From Candidatus Poribacteria bacterium (GTDB taxonomy: Bacteria > Poribacteria > WGA-4E > PCPOR2b): a DNA stretch of 64,000 nucleotides. Under the pieces are notes generated by a model that had not been told where the DNA came from, ran no database searches, and saw only the letters and a list, made by a program, of their open reading frames with translations. Made by a program: the position numbers and the translations under genes. Of the stretch, positions 30,742-41,361 are shown in pieces; position 1 is the stretch's first letter, and the number at the start of each line of letters is the position of its first letter. The stretch is from positions 1,312,001 through 1,376,000 of the forward strand of contig OZ244042.1 in assembly GCA_965215015.1 (NCBI GenBank), in the 5' to 3' direction.

Positions 30742-32679
30742 ATGACGATGCCTGCTTTGCCTTCCAAACAACCGCCCGAAAAAATTACTTGGCGAACGGT
30801 AATACTTTCGCTACTTCTCCTGCCCTTCATCTATGTTTGGCACATCGAGTGTGAAGCCCTCCGATATACCTTCCCGACGCTGATGGCACCCTTTTACAGC
30901 GTTGTCTTTACCCTCCTGATTTTAGTTATAATCAACGTTCCTCTGAAAAAGTTCGCCGCCAAATACGCTTTAACAGGTGGGGAATTGATCTCGCTCTACG
31001 TCCTGATGTCAATGACCCTCTTGTTCATGTCGTACGACATGTTTCTACCGCTGGTTTCGATTATCGTTCACGCCTTCTATTTTGCCACACCAGAGAATGA
31101 GTGGCGCGACCTGTTCTGGAAGTATTTGCCAGAATGGTTGACCATTAACGACCCAGACATCCTGATTGCCTTTTATCGCGGTGACGAGGATTTCTTGCAG
31201 TGGCGGTATCTTCGTCGCTGGATAGAGCCGACCCTCTGGTGGTGTGCCTTCACGTTTATCCTGCTTTTTGTCATGCAGTGCATTAATACAATCATCCGTA
31301 AGCAGTGGGCGGAGCAGGAACGGCTCGTCTACCCGATTGTCGAACTCCCCTACCAAATTTCTTATAACAGTAGGAACTTCTTTCATAGCGTACCAATGTG
31401 GTGGGGATTTACAATTGCGACGTTTATCAGTCTCCTCAATGGGCTGCACCTCTTTTTTCCCGTTCTCCCTGAAATTCCGGTGAAGCATTTCTCCTTAAAT
31501 CTGTTCTTTACAGAAAAACCGTGGACTGCCTTTTTAACGGGCGGAAGTGCAATCTTGGTCTATCCGTTTGCAGTTGGACTTAGCTTTCTAATGCCGCTTG
31601 ACCTGCTTATGTCATGTATCCTCTTTTTCTTCTTATACAAGATGCAAGCCTTCCTTGGAATTATATCTGGATTAGATAGTCTGCCCGGCTTTCCTTTTCC
31701 TTATGAACAGAACATTGGGGCTTATACAGGGGTCTCGGTGATTGTGCTGTGGGGAACGCGGCGACAGATATGGCGGGCGTTTCTGCAAGCTGCTGGACGG
31801 AGTTCGCGCGAAGACGAGAACGAACCGATGCGGTATCGGACAGCGTTTTTAGGGCTGTTATTCGGTGGGGTATTCCTCATCTGGTTCGCGATGCGGGGCG
31901 GGATGGCACTCTGGATTGCTGTCCTGTTTTTCGTGGCACATTTCCTGACCATTGCCATTGCCGTCACGCGCATCCGTGCACAGATAGGGCTTTCTATCCA
32001 TAATACAACTTTCATTGGACCCCACCATAGCCTAGTCAGCCTTTTTGGCACACGAAGAATTGGAGGACAAAATCTCACCTGGTTTTCCCTATTTTTCTGG
32101 TTCAATCGAGACAATCGCAGCCACCCGATGCCACACCAGCTCGAGGCGTTCAAACTGGCAGAACGGGGTAACCTTGATGTCAAAGGGTTGTCCCGTCTGA
32201 TGCTGACGCTTATCATCATTGCGATGCCGTTATGTATTTTAATGTTGGTGAATGTCTTCTTCCAGTTGGGTGTGGATACCGGCAAGGTGGGGGGACAGAT
32301 CAACAGTTTTGGGGGACGCTCGTATCGATTTCTACACGGTTGGCTCACGGCACCGCGAGATGCGGATACCGCGCACATCATCGCCATAACCATTGGGTTC
32401 CTGTTTACCATTTTGCTGGCGGTGGTACGCAGTCACCTGTTTTGGTGGCCCATCCACCCGCTCGGTTACGGTGTTTCCTTCCACATGTACACCTTTTGGG
32501 CGGCGTTTATCGTCGCTGCTGTTGCCAAGTGGGTGGTACTGAAGTATGGAGGCATCCGGCTCTATCGGAGGGCTGTCCCGTTTTTCTTAGGACTGGTGCT
32601 GGGCGATTTCGTGATTGGAAGTTTTTGGAATATCTTGAGCATTATGATTAACCGACCAACCTATACCTTCTATTACTAG
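30742..32679 (+). CDS. Polytopic membrane protein (DUF6785/DUF6784-like, putative transporter)
   Basis: Many TM helices; QW...ERL.YPI..LP, WWPIHPLGY and KYGG...PFFLGL..G motifs. Confidence 0.75.
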   Translation: MTMPALPSKQPPEKITWRTVILSLLLLPFIYVWHIECEALRYTFPTLMAPFYSVVFTLLILVIINVPLKKFAAKYALTGGELISLYVLMSMTLLFMSYDMFLPLVSIIVHAFYFATPENEWRDLFWKYLPEWLTINDPDILIAFYRGDEDFLQWRYLRRWIEPTLWWCAFTFILLFVMQCINTIIRKQWAEQERLVYPIVELPYQISYNSRNFFHSVPMWWGFTIATFISLLNGLHLFFPVLPEIPVKHFSLNLFFTEKPWTAFLTGGSAILVYPFAVGLSFLMPLDLLMSCILFFFLYKMQAFLGIISGLDSLPGFPFPYEQNIGAYTGVSVIVLWGTRRQIWRAFLQAAGRSSREDENEPMRYRTAFLGLLFGGVFLIWFAMRGGMALWIAVLFFVAHFLTIAIAVTRIRAQIGLSIHNTTFIGPHHSLVSLFGTRRIGGQNLTWFSLFFWFNRDNRSHPMPHQLEAFKLAERGNLDVKGLSRLMLTLIIIAMPLCILMLVNVFFQLGVDTGKVGGQINSFGGRSYRFLHGWLTAPRDADTAHIIAITIGFLFTILLAVVRSHLFWWPIHPLGYGVSFHMYTFWAAFIVAAVAKWVVLKYGGIRLYRRAVPFFLGLVLGDFVIGSFWNILSIMINRPTYTFYY

Positions 32680-33097
32680 GGTGTGTTGGCATTTGACAGC
32701 TCGTAGGTCAAAGACTCTCGGAACGGAGTTGGGTTTCACGGTTTCCGTTCAACCCAACACCCAATCCAAAGGAAGTGGGAAACAGCAGTAGACCCGCTTC
32801 GTCGTGCCATCCCCCTGCTTGCGGGGGGATAGAGGGGGGGTAGGGGGGACAACCCACCGGGTATTTAGCAGGGGGAGGAGGGGTTATGGCATACAGAGTA
32901 TGCCTACTACTGGCAACTTACCTTATCATCAGCCAGGTTGCTAGATAGCCTGTAGGTCGACTTTCCATACTTGACATCTACTAAAAACAACTTATAGACG
33001 GAACACCAACCCGCCGGGCGAGGGAACCAAGCCGTTACGATTAGGTATTTATCGACGAATGACGGACACGACTCACATAAATGTCAACAGAATCTAG
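32676..33097. mobile_element. MITE-like element of a second TIR family, filled with REP-like palindromes
   Basis: CTAGGGTGTGTTGGCATTT...AAATGTCAACAGAATCTAG (15/19 inverted match); related end at 54182-54204. Confidence 0.65.
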
Positions 33098-33123
33098 TTT
33101 GAATAACGTGAAAGGAGGCTGCA

Positions 33124-34449
33124 ATGCCTAAAAGCTGTGACACGATGGTTGCCCTACCAAGTGCAACCAAAGGGAACCAAACAATCTTTGCTAAAAATAG
33201 TGACCGCCCGGCGGTCGAATGTCAGCCACTCGTGCAACGCGCAAGAGAGGCCCATCCCACTGGCGAGGGCACAAAATGCCAATTTGTTGAACTCCCCGGA
33301 GTGGCCACAACCTATCGTCATATCGGTTCGCGTCCATATTGGTGTTGGGGATACGAACACGGATTTAACGAACATCAGGTCGTGATTGGAAATGAGGGAT
33401 TAGCATCCAAATATGAGTTTGATTCCCCGAAATTAATTGGCATGGAGCTGATACGGCTCGGTTTGGAACGCGCGGAAACTGCCGCCGAAGCGGTTACCGT
33501 CGTGACAGAGTTGATTACAAAATATGGTCAAGGGAAATTCAGCAACGATCAAGGGGTTCGCACCTACGACAACGGCTATATCATCGCTGATCCGAAGGAG
33601 GCGTATATCCTCCAGACTGCAGGGCACGAATGGGCGGTTAAACAGGTTCAGGGTGCAGTGGGAATCAGCAACGTCTATTCTATTGAGGAGGACTGGGATT
33701 GCCTATCGTCCAACAGTGTGGACGGAGCAATTGCACAAGGTTGGTGGGCGGATACTTCGGTACGATTTAATTTTTCCGAAGCCTACAGCCGCGAGGCGGA
33801 TCGCTCGGTAGGGAGTGGGGCCATGCGTCTAGGGCGTTCGTGCGCGGTGCTTAGCAGATACACCGGCAGCATTGACGTGCAAACCATGATGGCATTGTTG
33901 AGCGACCACTCCGATGGGAGTAAGCCTAATGAACCTTTTCAAACGGAGATTTCGGGTGGGACCTCCATCTGTGTTCATCACGATGATAAGGGTGAGGGTG
34001 GAAACACTGCTGCGAGTCTAGTCGCACACCTCTGCGACGACGGTTCACGCTTGCCTGTCTACTGGTGCAGCCTCTATTCACCCTGTTTAAGCGTTTTTCT
34101 GCCGATGTTTATTGAAGGGGAGCTGCCGCCGGTCTTGGCAATTGGCGATGACGTGCCTTCCGATGACAGCCCGTGGTGGTTATTCCGCCAACTGAGTCTA
34201 AAGCTGCGTCTGGAGGAACCGACCCAAATCCCAACTGTTCAGGAGAAATGGAAGGAAATCCAGACCAAGCTGTTCACGACAGCTTATGAGATAGCCAAAG
34301 AGGGGAAATTCCTCATTGAGCAGGGACATGAAAGTACCGCCAATCAACTCCTGACGCGATATATGGCGGAGAATGTGGAGATGATGTTAGGAACAGTCCG
34401 GGGGAGGTTATCAGGTGTTGAGCAATCCATCGAAATGGCTGCAGGTTGA
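33124..34449 (+). CDS. Peptidase C69/secernin-like Ntn hydrolase
   Basis: SCDTMVA, FAKNSDRP, WGYEHGFNE and ELIRLGLER motifs. Confidence 0.9.
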   Translation: MPKSCDTMVALPSATKGNQTIFAKNSDRPAVECQPLVQRAREAHPTGEGTKCQFVELPGVATTYRHIGSRPYWCWGYEHGFNEHQVVIGNEGLASKYEFDSPKLIGMELIRLGLERAETAAEAVTVVTELITKYGQGKFSNDQGVRTYDNGYIIADPKEAYILQTAGHEWAVKQVQGAVGISNVYSIEEDWDCLSSNSVDGAIAQGWWADTSVRFNFSEAYSREADRSVGSGAMRLGRSCAVLSRYTGSIDVQTMMALLSDHSDGSKPNEPFQTEISGGTSICVHHDDKGEGGNTAASLVAHLCDDGSRLPVYWCSLYSPCLSVFLPMFIEGELPPVLAIGDDVPSDDSPWWLFRQLSLKLRLEEPTQIPTVQEKWKEIQTKLFTTAYEIAKEGKFLIEQGHESTANQLLTRYMAENVEMMLGTVRGRLSGVEQSIEMAAG

Positions 34450-34479
34450 AATATGTCGCCGCTGAAAGGAAGATAATCT

Positions 34480-35223
34480 ATGGCAGATCTTTCGATTATT
34501 CCACAACATTTGAATCCTGAGCTTAGCCCTGAATTGGTGCAGGAGGTCGCTTTTTTTTTGAAATGGGGGTATCTTGTTGTAGAGGAAGCTATCAGTCAAG
34601 AACAGGTGGAAGTGCTGCGCGAGGCGTTGGATGAGGTCTCTGATAGGAAGGGTGAGCAGTTCACCCACCAACTCTTGGAGGAAGATGATCGCTTTACATT
34701 TCTCCTGGATAACCCGCCGGTGCTCACGCGCATGAAGGCTATCCTCGGTAACTGCGTCCAACTCCATAGCGCGACCGCTCGCGTGACGCAGCCGGGTGAG
34801 CCGGATCAGAACTGGCACCGTGATGGTCCCTGGCCAATGGCACCGGAAAATACGCCTTACGGCAGTATCCCCGGTCAAATAAACTGTGGGTATTTCCTCG
34901 ACGAATTGACGACAGAGAATGGGCCTATTGCGATTGTTCCCGGCAGCCAACGGGTCCCCTTCCGTCCACCAGAGGGGCATCCACATTTTCCCGACGAAAA
35001 ATTTGTTCTTGCCACACCGGGGCAGGCTGTTATGTTTGATGGATGGATTTATCATCGTGGTGTTGCCAACAGCTCTGACCAGCGGCGACGGGTTTGCTTG
35101 ATGTGTTACCAGAATGCGTGGATGAAGTCCCGCGAACCCTTCGATGGACCGCGTGTCACAAAGCTGCGCGAAAATGGCACGCCGGACCAGCAGCTCCTCC
35201 TTGGCGGGATACCACATTGGTAG
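34480..35223 (+). CDS. Phytanoyl-CoA dioxygenase (PhyH) family protein
   Basis: WHRD, NGP...VPGS and H.G.AN.S...RR motifs. Confidence 0.9.
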   Translation: MADLSIIPQHLNPELSPELVQEVAFFLKWGYLVVEEAISQEQVEVLREALDEVSDRKGEQFTHQLLEEDDRFTFLLDNPPVLTRMKAILGNCVQLHSATARVTQPGEPDQNWHRDGPWPMAPENTPYGSIPGQINCGYFLDELTTENGPIAIVPGSQRVPFRPPEGHPHFPDEKFVLATPGQAVMFDGWIYHRGVANSSDQRRRVCLMCYQNAWMKSREPFDGPRVTKLRENGTPDQQLLLGGIPHW

Positions 35224-35355
35224 GGTTTTACGCACTCTGCAACATAAGAAGAAGAGCTAAAGCAGATTAGAAAATTGAAAAAGGTAACATTTTCCACGCG
35301 AAAAATGCCAAAGTTGTTTCCATTTCAGAATTGAGCGTCTTATCGTGATTAGGTC

Positions 35356-35380
35356 GTAGGGGCAAGCCTTGTGCTTGCCC
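35356..35380. repeat. GTAG-type REP palindrome
   Basis: GTAGGGGCAAGCCTTGTGCTTGCCC; related copy GTAGGGGCAACCCTGGCGGTTGCCC at 55336-55360. Confidence 0.65.
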
Positions 35381-35516
35381 TTTTTTTATGGTTTCTATCT
35401 CATTGATTGGAAAAGTAATATTTTACCCATTTTCCACGCGAAAATATCAAATTGTTGCCATATCGGGGTCGAGAGTGTTGTTGACCGTTCATTGTATTAC
35501 AAATAATTACATTCTT

Positions 35517-38500
35517 GTTTCAATCTCATACTTGAGATTCTTATCGTTGGTTGTCGGCTGTTACCGTTGGTGGCAATATCAGCATCAAACATGTTTCAAT
35601 CTCATACTTGAGGTTCTTATCGTTGGTTGACGAAAGCCAGCCTCCAATGAAGCCTAAAATCGTGTGGTTTCAATCTCATACTTGAGATTCTTATCATTGG
35701 TTGATATACGAATCTTTCGCCTCGTTGTCGCCTTCAACGTTTCAATCTCATACTTGAGATTCTTATCATTGGTTGCAACGATAGCTGGCATCGGCATGAA
35801 CATGAAAATGTGTTTCAATCTCATACTTGAGATTCTTATCATTGGTTGTCGCATGACGGTAAACGCCACGACGGGGGCGCTGGATGTTTCAATCTCATAC
35901 TTGAGATTCTTATCATTGGTTGTGGACGGAGGCAAATCAAAGGAGATTTGATGAATGTAACATTAGTTTCAATCTCATACTTGAGATTCTTATCATTGGT
36001 TGGTTATGTATGCGCTAGATAGTCTCTACGACGTAGATGGTTTCAATCTCATACTTGAGATTCTTATCATTGGTTGTCATTATGAATTGTAACACGAATC
36101 AACCCCATCCGTCGTTTCAATCTCATACTTGAGATTCTTATCATTGGTTGCCGAGCGTCGGGGCAATCGCATCCGCCCCCCGGTAGGTTTCAATCTCATA
36201 CTTGAGATTCTTATCATTGGTTGATCGCATGAACACCGCCACCGCAGGCGCGGTCGTGCATGTTTCAATCTCATACTTGAGATTCTTATCATTGGTTGCC
36301 AGATCGAACCCGTGTCCCGTACTTTTATCGAAGAGTTTCAATCTCATACTTGAGATTCTTATCATTGGTTGACTGCCAACTGGGGCGACGGCGACATGTG
36401 GAAATTAGTTTCAATCTCATACTTGAGATTCTTATCATTGGTTGCACAGGAACGGGGGCTAACCATCACCCCTTGACAAATGTTTCAATCTCATACTTGA
36501 GATTCTTATCATTGGTTGGACGCTCCCGCGTTGACTGCGATGACCACCCTCGGTATGTTTCAATCTCATACTTGAGATTCTTATCATTGGTTGTGATGGA
36601 CGGCGTTGATTTAATGCACCATGCGCTTGAAGTTTCAATCTCATACTTGAGATTCTTATCATTGGTTGAGCGCCGTTGCATTCACGAATATGCCCTCATC
36701 CTGTAGTGTTTCAATCTCATACTTGAGATTCTTATCATTGGTTGATTCAGGCGTCATAACGGTAATTGCAATGCACGATAGTTTCAATCTCATACTTGAG
36801 ATTCTTATCATTGGTTGTCCTTAAACTCTGCGTTCAAAATCGAAAACAAATGACTAAAGTTTCAATCTCATACTTGAGATTCTTATCATTGGTTGAGTCA
36901 AGTCTCTCATTCAAACATATGCTCTCAGACCAGTTTCAATCTCATACTTGAGATTCTTATCATTGGTTGAGCCTTGGCTTCAGCTTTGACCTCGTCGCTG
37001 AAGTATAGTTTCAATCTCATACTTGAGATTCTTATCATTGGTTGGTAACTCTTGCGTAATACACGAAACGCATGACCGTTGTTTCAATCTCATACTTGAG
37101 ATTCTTATCATTGGTTGTAAGAATGAAGACTAGTAGGGACGAGATATACGTAAGTTTCAATCTCATACTTGAGATTCTTATCATTGGTTGCGTAGACATT
37201 TATGTCTACGTTTCGTCTACACTTGTCGTTTCAATCTCATACTTGAGATTCTTATCATTGGTTGATGAAGCGACGGCGGATGTGGAGTCAAAATCAATCT
37301 TGTTTCAATCTCATACTTGAGATTCTTATCATTGGTTGCCTTAGCAAATGTATCAGAAAAAGGTGATATTCTCCAGTTTCAATCTCATACTTGAGATTCT
37401 TATCATTGGTTGTAGATACGCTTTTTCGGTTTGATGCTTGACGTTGTTGTTTCAATCTCATACTTGAGATTCTTATCATTGGTTGGCCCTCTGGTGATTG
37501 ACTCACACGAGGTAGCACTGAAGTTTCAATCTCATACTTGAGATTCTTATCATTGGTTGGCATTTTTACTTGACTTGTGTAACGTCATATGTTATAAGTT
37601 TCAATCTCATACTTGAGATTCTTATCATTGGTTGTCCGCCGACGAGGTCTTAAATGCACAGTTACAAGAGAGTTTCAATCTCATACTTGAGATTCTTATC
37701 ATTGGTTGATGGTCTACGAAGATATGCGAGCGAGGCTTCTGAAAGTTTCAATCTCATACTTGAGATTCTTATCATTGGTTGTGAACCGCAGCAAATGGAA
37801 AGAACAGTACCGGTTCAAGTTTCAATCTCATACTTGAGATTCTTATCATTGGTTGTGTCGCTTCACGACCGTCGGGGGCAGGCGTGGGTCGGTTTCAATC
37901 TCATACTTGAGATTCTTATCATTGGTTGATATGCCATCGGCATCGTGTCGTCTATCCATCTGCTGTTTCAATCTCATACTTGAGATTCTTATCATTGGTT
38001 GGCATTTTTACTTGACTTGTGTAACGTCATATGTTATAAGTTTCAATCTCATACTTGAGATTCTTATCATTGGTTGCCAATTCGGGGACGTCCCCGACCT
38101 TGGGGGCGACGGCTATTTATGTTTCAATCTCATACTTGAGATTCTTATCATTGGTTGCTTGCCTCCGTCGGCGCAGCCGACACACGGATTAGCGTTTCAA
38201 TCTCATACTTGAGATTCTTATCATTGGTTGCTGATCAGAGTGCATCCCGTATGCCATCTCGTAAAAGAGTTTCAATCTCATACTTGAGATTCTTATCATT
38301 GGTTGTGAGAGAGAATGCACGAGGTATCCAAAACTCAATCAAAGGTTTCAATCTCATACTTGAGATTCTTATCATTGGTTGCAAACTCGGCGACGGCGGC
38401 AGTAAAAGCCGTTTTCCGTTTCAATCTCATACTTGAGATTCTTATCATTGGTTGAGGGACGGTTTCGACCGTCCCTTTTCGTAGAGATTTGTTTCAATCT

Positions 38501-39040
38501 CATACTTGAGATTCTTATCATTGGTTGTTCAATTCGTTCAGTGGGACGCCAAAGGCGTTTATAGTTTCAATCTCATACTTGAGATTCTTATCATTGGTTG
38601 CGATAGGCACGCCTTCACTCGTCGACTTGCACCGCGTTTCAATCTCATACTTGAGATTCTTATCATTGGTTGCCGCGAGTATACTTTCGTAGCATACCAG
38701 TAACACCAATGTTTCAATCTCATACTTGAGATTCTTATCATTGGTTGCAGGTATAGACGCACTCAAAAATTACCTCACGGGTGTTTCAATCTCATACTTG
38801 AGATTCTTATCATTGGTTGAGATTGTGGTTCCTGACGCGGATGGACGTAAGAAAATGTTTCAATCTCATACTTGAGATTCTTATCATTGGTTGAGTCCGT
38901 AAGCGTATCAGTCAACGCAAGACCCTCGAAGTTTCAATCTCATACTTGAGATTCTTATCATTGGTTGTGCAGAAGTAAACGACCCCAAGAAAACGGCTAT
39001 CATGTTTCAATCTCATACTTGAGATTCTTATCATTGGTTG
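35517..39040 (-). CRISPR. Type I-D CRISPR array: 48 repeats of 37 bp, 47 spacers
   Basis: Repeat GTTTCAATCTCATACTTGAGATTCTTATCATTGGTTG (transcribed form ends ATTGAAAC); variant repeats at the 35517 trailer end; leader side faces cas2. Confidence 0.98.
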
Positions 39041-39260
39041 AGCCTACCATTTCAGATCCGTATTGGTAAGGGGTTGCCCCCGTTGTTTCTGTCAGGTCCG
39101 TTTTCGTTACTGTATTGGCGTTCTATTACACGCCACTTCCTGAATCTGTCCATTGTCAATCCGTGGCTGTAACTGGCTTTGCGAAATTACTGTCAGGGTA
39201 GCGGGTTTTTGCTAGCTCTGCACCTCACAGGTTTCAATCTCATGATTGTGTACCTGATTA
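39041..39260 (-). promoter_or_regulatory. CRISPR leader
   Basis: Non-coding segment between cas2 and the non-degenerate end of the array. Confidence 0.75.
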
Positions 39261-39533
39261 TTACACAATGTACGATTTTCTGTCAACCTCTTTTTCTACG
39301 CCAATCCGTTCAATTCCTTTCTCGCAAGACCGGCATAAGTGGTAGAAGGTCACAGAATCCTCCTGTAGGTTGATGGCTTCCATAAGCCGATACTGCAAAC
39401 GAAGGTAGGCACGTCGATCGGTATTGCACTCAAATAGGCTATATTGGATGCGTTTGCCGAAATCCAGCAAAATTTTGGCAACCGCGTTTCGCCTCCGGTC
39501 ATTGGTAATATCATAGGCAACTGCGTAAAACAT
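39261..39533 (-). CDS. cas2: CRISPR-associated endonuclease Cas2
   Basis: AYDI..DRRR, RIQYSLFEC. Confidence 0.97.
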   Translation of the reverse strand: MFYAVAYDITNDRRRNAVAKILLDFGKRIQYSLFECNTDRRAYLRLQYRLMEAINLQEDSVTFYHLCRSCEKGIERIGVEKEVDRKSYIV

Positions 39534-39638
39534 TGATTACAGATCTCCTCTAGGACATGCCTTTATTGTTTGAAAAGTAACCCCAAAAAAAACCTTCTCT
39601 CCCTTTCCTCCTCATTCCCATCTTCCCCCTCTGTGGTC

Positions 39639-41276
39639 TCATCGCACTGTCAGGGGCGTATAGGTTTCAATCTCTCCTATTAGACACTTGGCAAGCAATC
39701 GTACCTGTAATTCCAAAGCGCGGCGAAAGATAATTTTGTACTTGAAAACAGGGTGTGTAATCGTCTCATTTTTACGCTTCTCGTAGGCGGCGTAAAACTT
39801 CTTACGAGCAGGGTCTTTGAGGAACCAACCGCCGTGGGATTGGGTAAAATCGTCTGGCGTGATTTGCCGATTGTTGATGAGTGTTATCACAACCGAATCG
39901 GCGATAATCGGGCGAAATTCTTCCATCAGGTCCAGTGCGAGGCAGGGACGCCCATAAGTCTGTTGGTGGAAAAAGCCAACATAGGGATCAAGGCCGACGA
40001 TCTGGATTGCGGAGATAACATCTGCGGTCAGCAGGGAGTAGGCAAAACTGAGCAGGGCGTTGGTTGGATCTTTGGGAGGCCGCCGCGTCCGATGTTCAAA
40101 ACCGAACCCCATCTCCGCATTCAGCATTGATGAGAAAGATCGAAAATAGGCCGCCGATGCGTTTCCCTCAAACCCAAGCAATTCAGACAGATTCTCTGCT
40201 TTAGGGAGGTGCCCTCGCATTTTCTGCATCCCCGCGATACTTGATTCGATAGTGGCTTCTTCAGCGTCTGTTTCGGTCTTACCTCGCCATTTCCGACGTT
40301 GGAGCATCAACCGCATGTTACTAATTTTACCATGCACGAACGCCTTCGCAAGCGCGAGGCACTTGTCTGGGGCGTCTGCGACCCGATGTTGGGCGACACG
40401 CAGGAGTGAGTTCCGGGATATTTGGGGCATCAGTGTCCCCTGATAACGTCCGTATGCGGACAGGTAAACAACGGGAATCCCTTCGTTGAGTAAGGTCTGC
40501 ATCACTGGGGTTGTCACGCTGATGTTTCCGCAAAGCACAACTTGCCCAAGGTGAATGAGCGGGATGTCACGGATGGTTGCTCCCTCTTTGACCACGAGTA
40601 GACGTTCCCCAGTCTTTTTGAGGAGGCAGCCCGACTCATCAACATACAACACGTTGTCAATGCCGAGAGTGGGCTTAATTCGTTTGGGCCGGTCGTCCAG
40701 TTTATTAAGATAGGCAACCTCGTCTGGCAAGCAGATACCCCGGACGCTACACCCGTTGCAGCGGTTGTCGTGGACAGGTTCAGGGATCTTTCTGGTCTGC
40801 AACAACGATTCAGCGTCCGAGACAAAGGCGCGACTGATCTGCCGCAATTCGGCGTTAAAGACAACCTTGCGGCGGCGTTTGGAACCGATGTAGTAGATAT
40901 AACCATGTGGGACCATAGCACCAGTACTCTCTTCGATCAGCATTCCTTGCAGACAGAGTTGGACTTGATCGTTGAGCCAGTTGCCGGTGCCGGCTTTCTT
41001 GTATTCGACCGGATACGGCACACCGTCCTTCTCTTCAATCAGATCGAGATAACCGGCGACACCAAGAGCGTCAGAAGCGAGATATTGCCGACGAGAGACC
41101 TTCGTTCCGCGTTCGTTGCGGTCTTTCATCGCTATATCGACACGGGCATGTTTTATCTTCCCTTCTTCAACATGCTCGTTAATTATCTGATGCCCCTCAA
41201 CGGATTCGTAGTAAAATCGGCGTGGACAGAAAACGTAGGTGTTTATCTGCGAAAGTGGTATGTAGGTTTCGGACAT
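39639..41276 (-). CDS. cas1: Fused Cas4-Cas1
   Basis: N-terminal Cas4 (FCPRR, D...PVEYK, Q...Q, CNGCS..IC) joined to Cas1 (GFEG, RRPP.DP.NALLSF.Y, GFFH, LDLMEEFR). Confidence 0.95.
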   Translation of the reverse strand: MSETYIPLSQINTYVFCPRRFYYESVEGHQIINEHVEEGKIKHARVDIAMKDRNERGTKVSRRQYLASDALGVAGYLDLIEEKDGVPYPVEYKKAGTGNWLNDQVQLCLQGMLIEESTGAMVPHGYIYYIGSKRRRKVVFNAELRQISRAFVSDAESLLQTRKIPEPVHDNRCNGCSVRGICLPDEVAYLNKLDDRPKRIKPTLGIDNVLYVDESGCLLKKTGERLLVVKEGATIRDIPLIHLGQVVLCGNISVTTPVMQTLLNEGIPVVYLSAYGRYQGTLMPQISRNSLLRVAQHRVADAPDKCLALAKAFVHGKISNMRLMLQRRKWRGKTETDAEEATIESSIAGMQKMRGHLPKAENLSELLGFEGNASAAYFRSFSSMLNAEMGFGFEHRTRRPPKDPTNALLSFAYSLLTADVISAIQIVGLDPYVGFFHQQTYGRPCLALDLMEEFRPIIADSVVITLINNRQITPDDFTQSHGGWFLKDPARKKFYAAYEKRKNETITHPVFKYKIIFRRALELQVRLLAKCLIGEIETYTPLTVR

Positions 41277-41322
41277 GGTTTAATACTCCAGATTCATCGA
41301 ACCGGTGCGTAATGGAAATGCC

Positions 41323-41351
41323 TTGATTTTTAAGTTGTTGTCAGCTATAAT
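41323..41351 (+). promoter_or_regulatory. Sigma70-like promoter of the TA pair
   Basis: TTGATT-17-TATAAT ending 10 nt before the ATG at 41362. Confidence 0.7.
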
Positions 41352-41361
41352 AAGAAGAGTC

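Noticed and set aside
35221-35234. TAGGGTTTTACGCA as another MITE end
   Set aside because: Imperfect, overlaps a stop codon, no partner end or TSD
34411-35235. 274-aa minus-strand ORF
   Set aside because: Antisense shadow of the PhyH gene
35388-38766. Many short ORFs with VSISYLRFLSLV or TNDKNLKYEIET repeats
   Set aside because: Translations of the CRISPR repeat, not genes
35554-39003. Self-targeting array spacers within the window
   Set aside because: None seen by eye; a proper alignment is needed to exclude them
39664-39674. GTTTCAATCTC match to the repeat inside cas1
   Set aside because: Only 11 nt, encodes EIET in Cas1, no hairpin partner; probably chance
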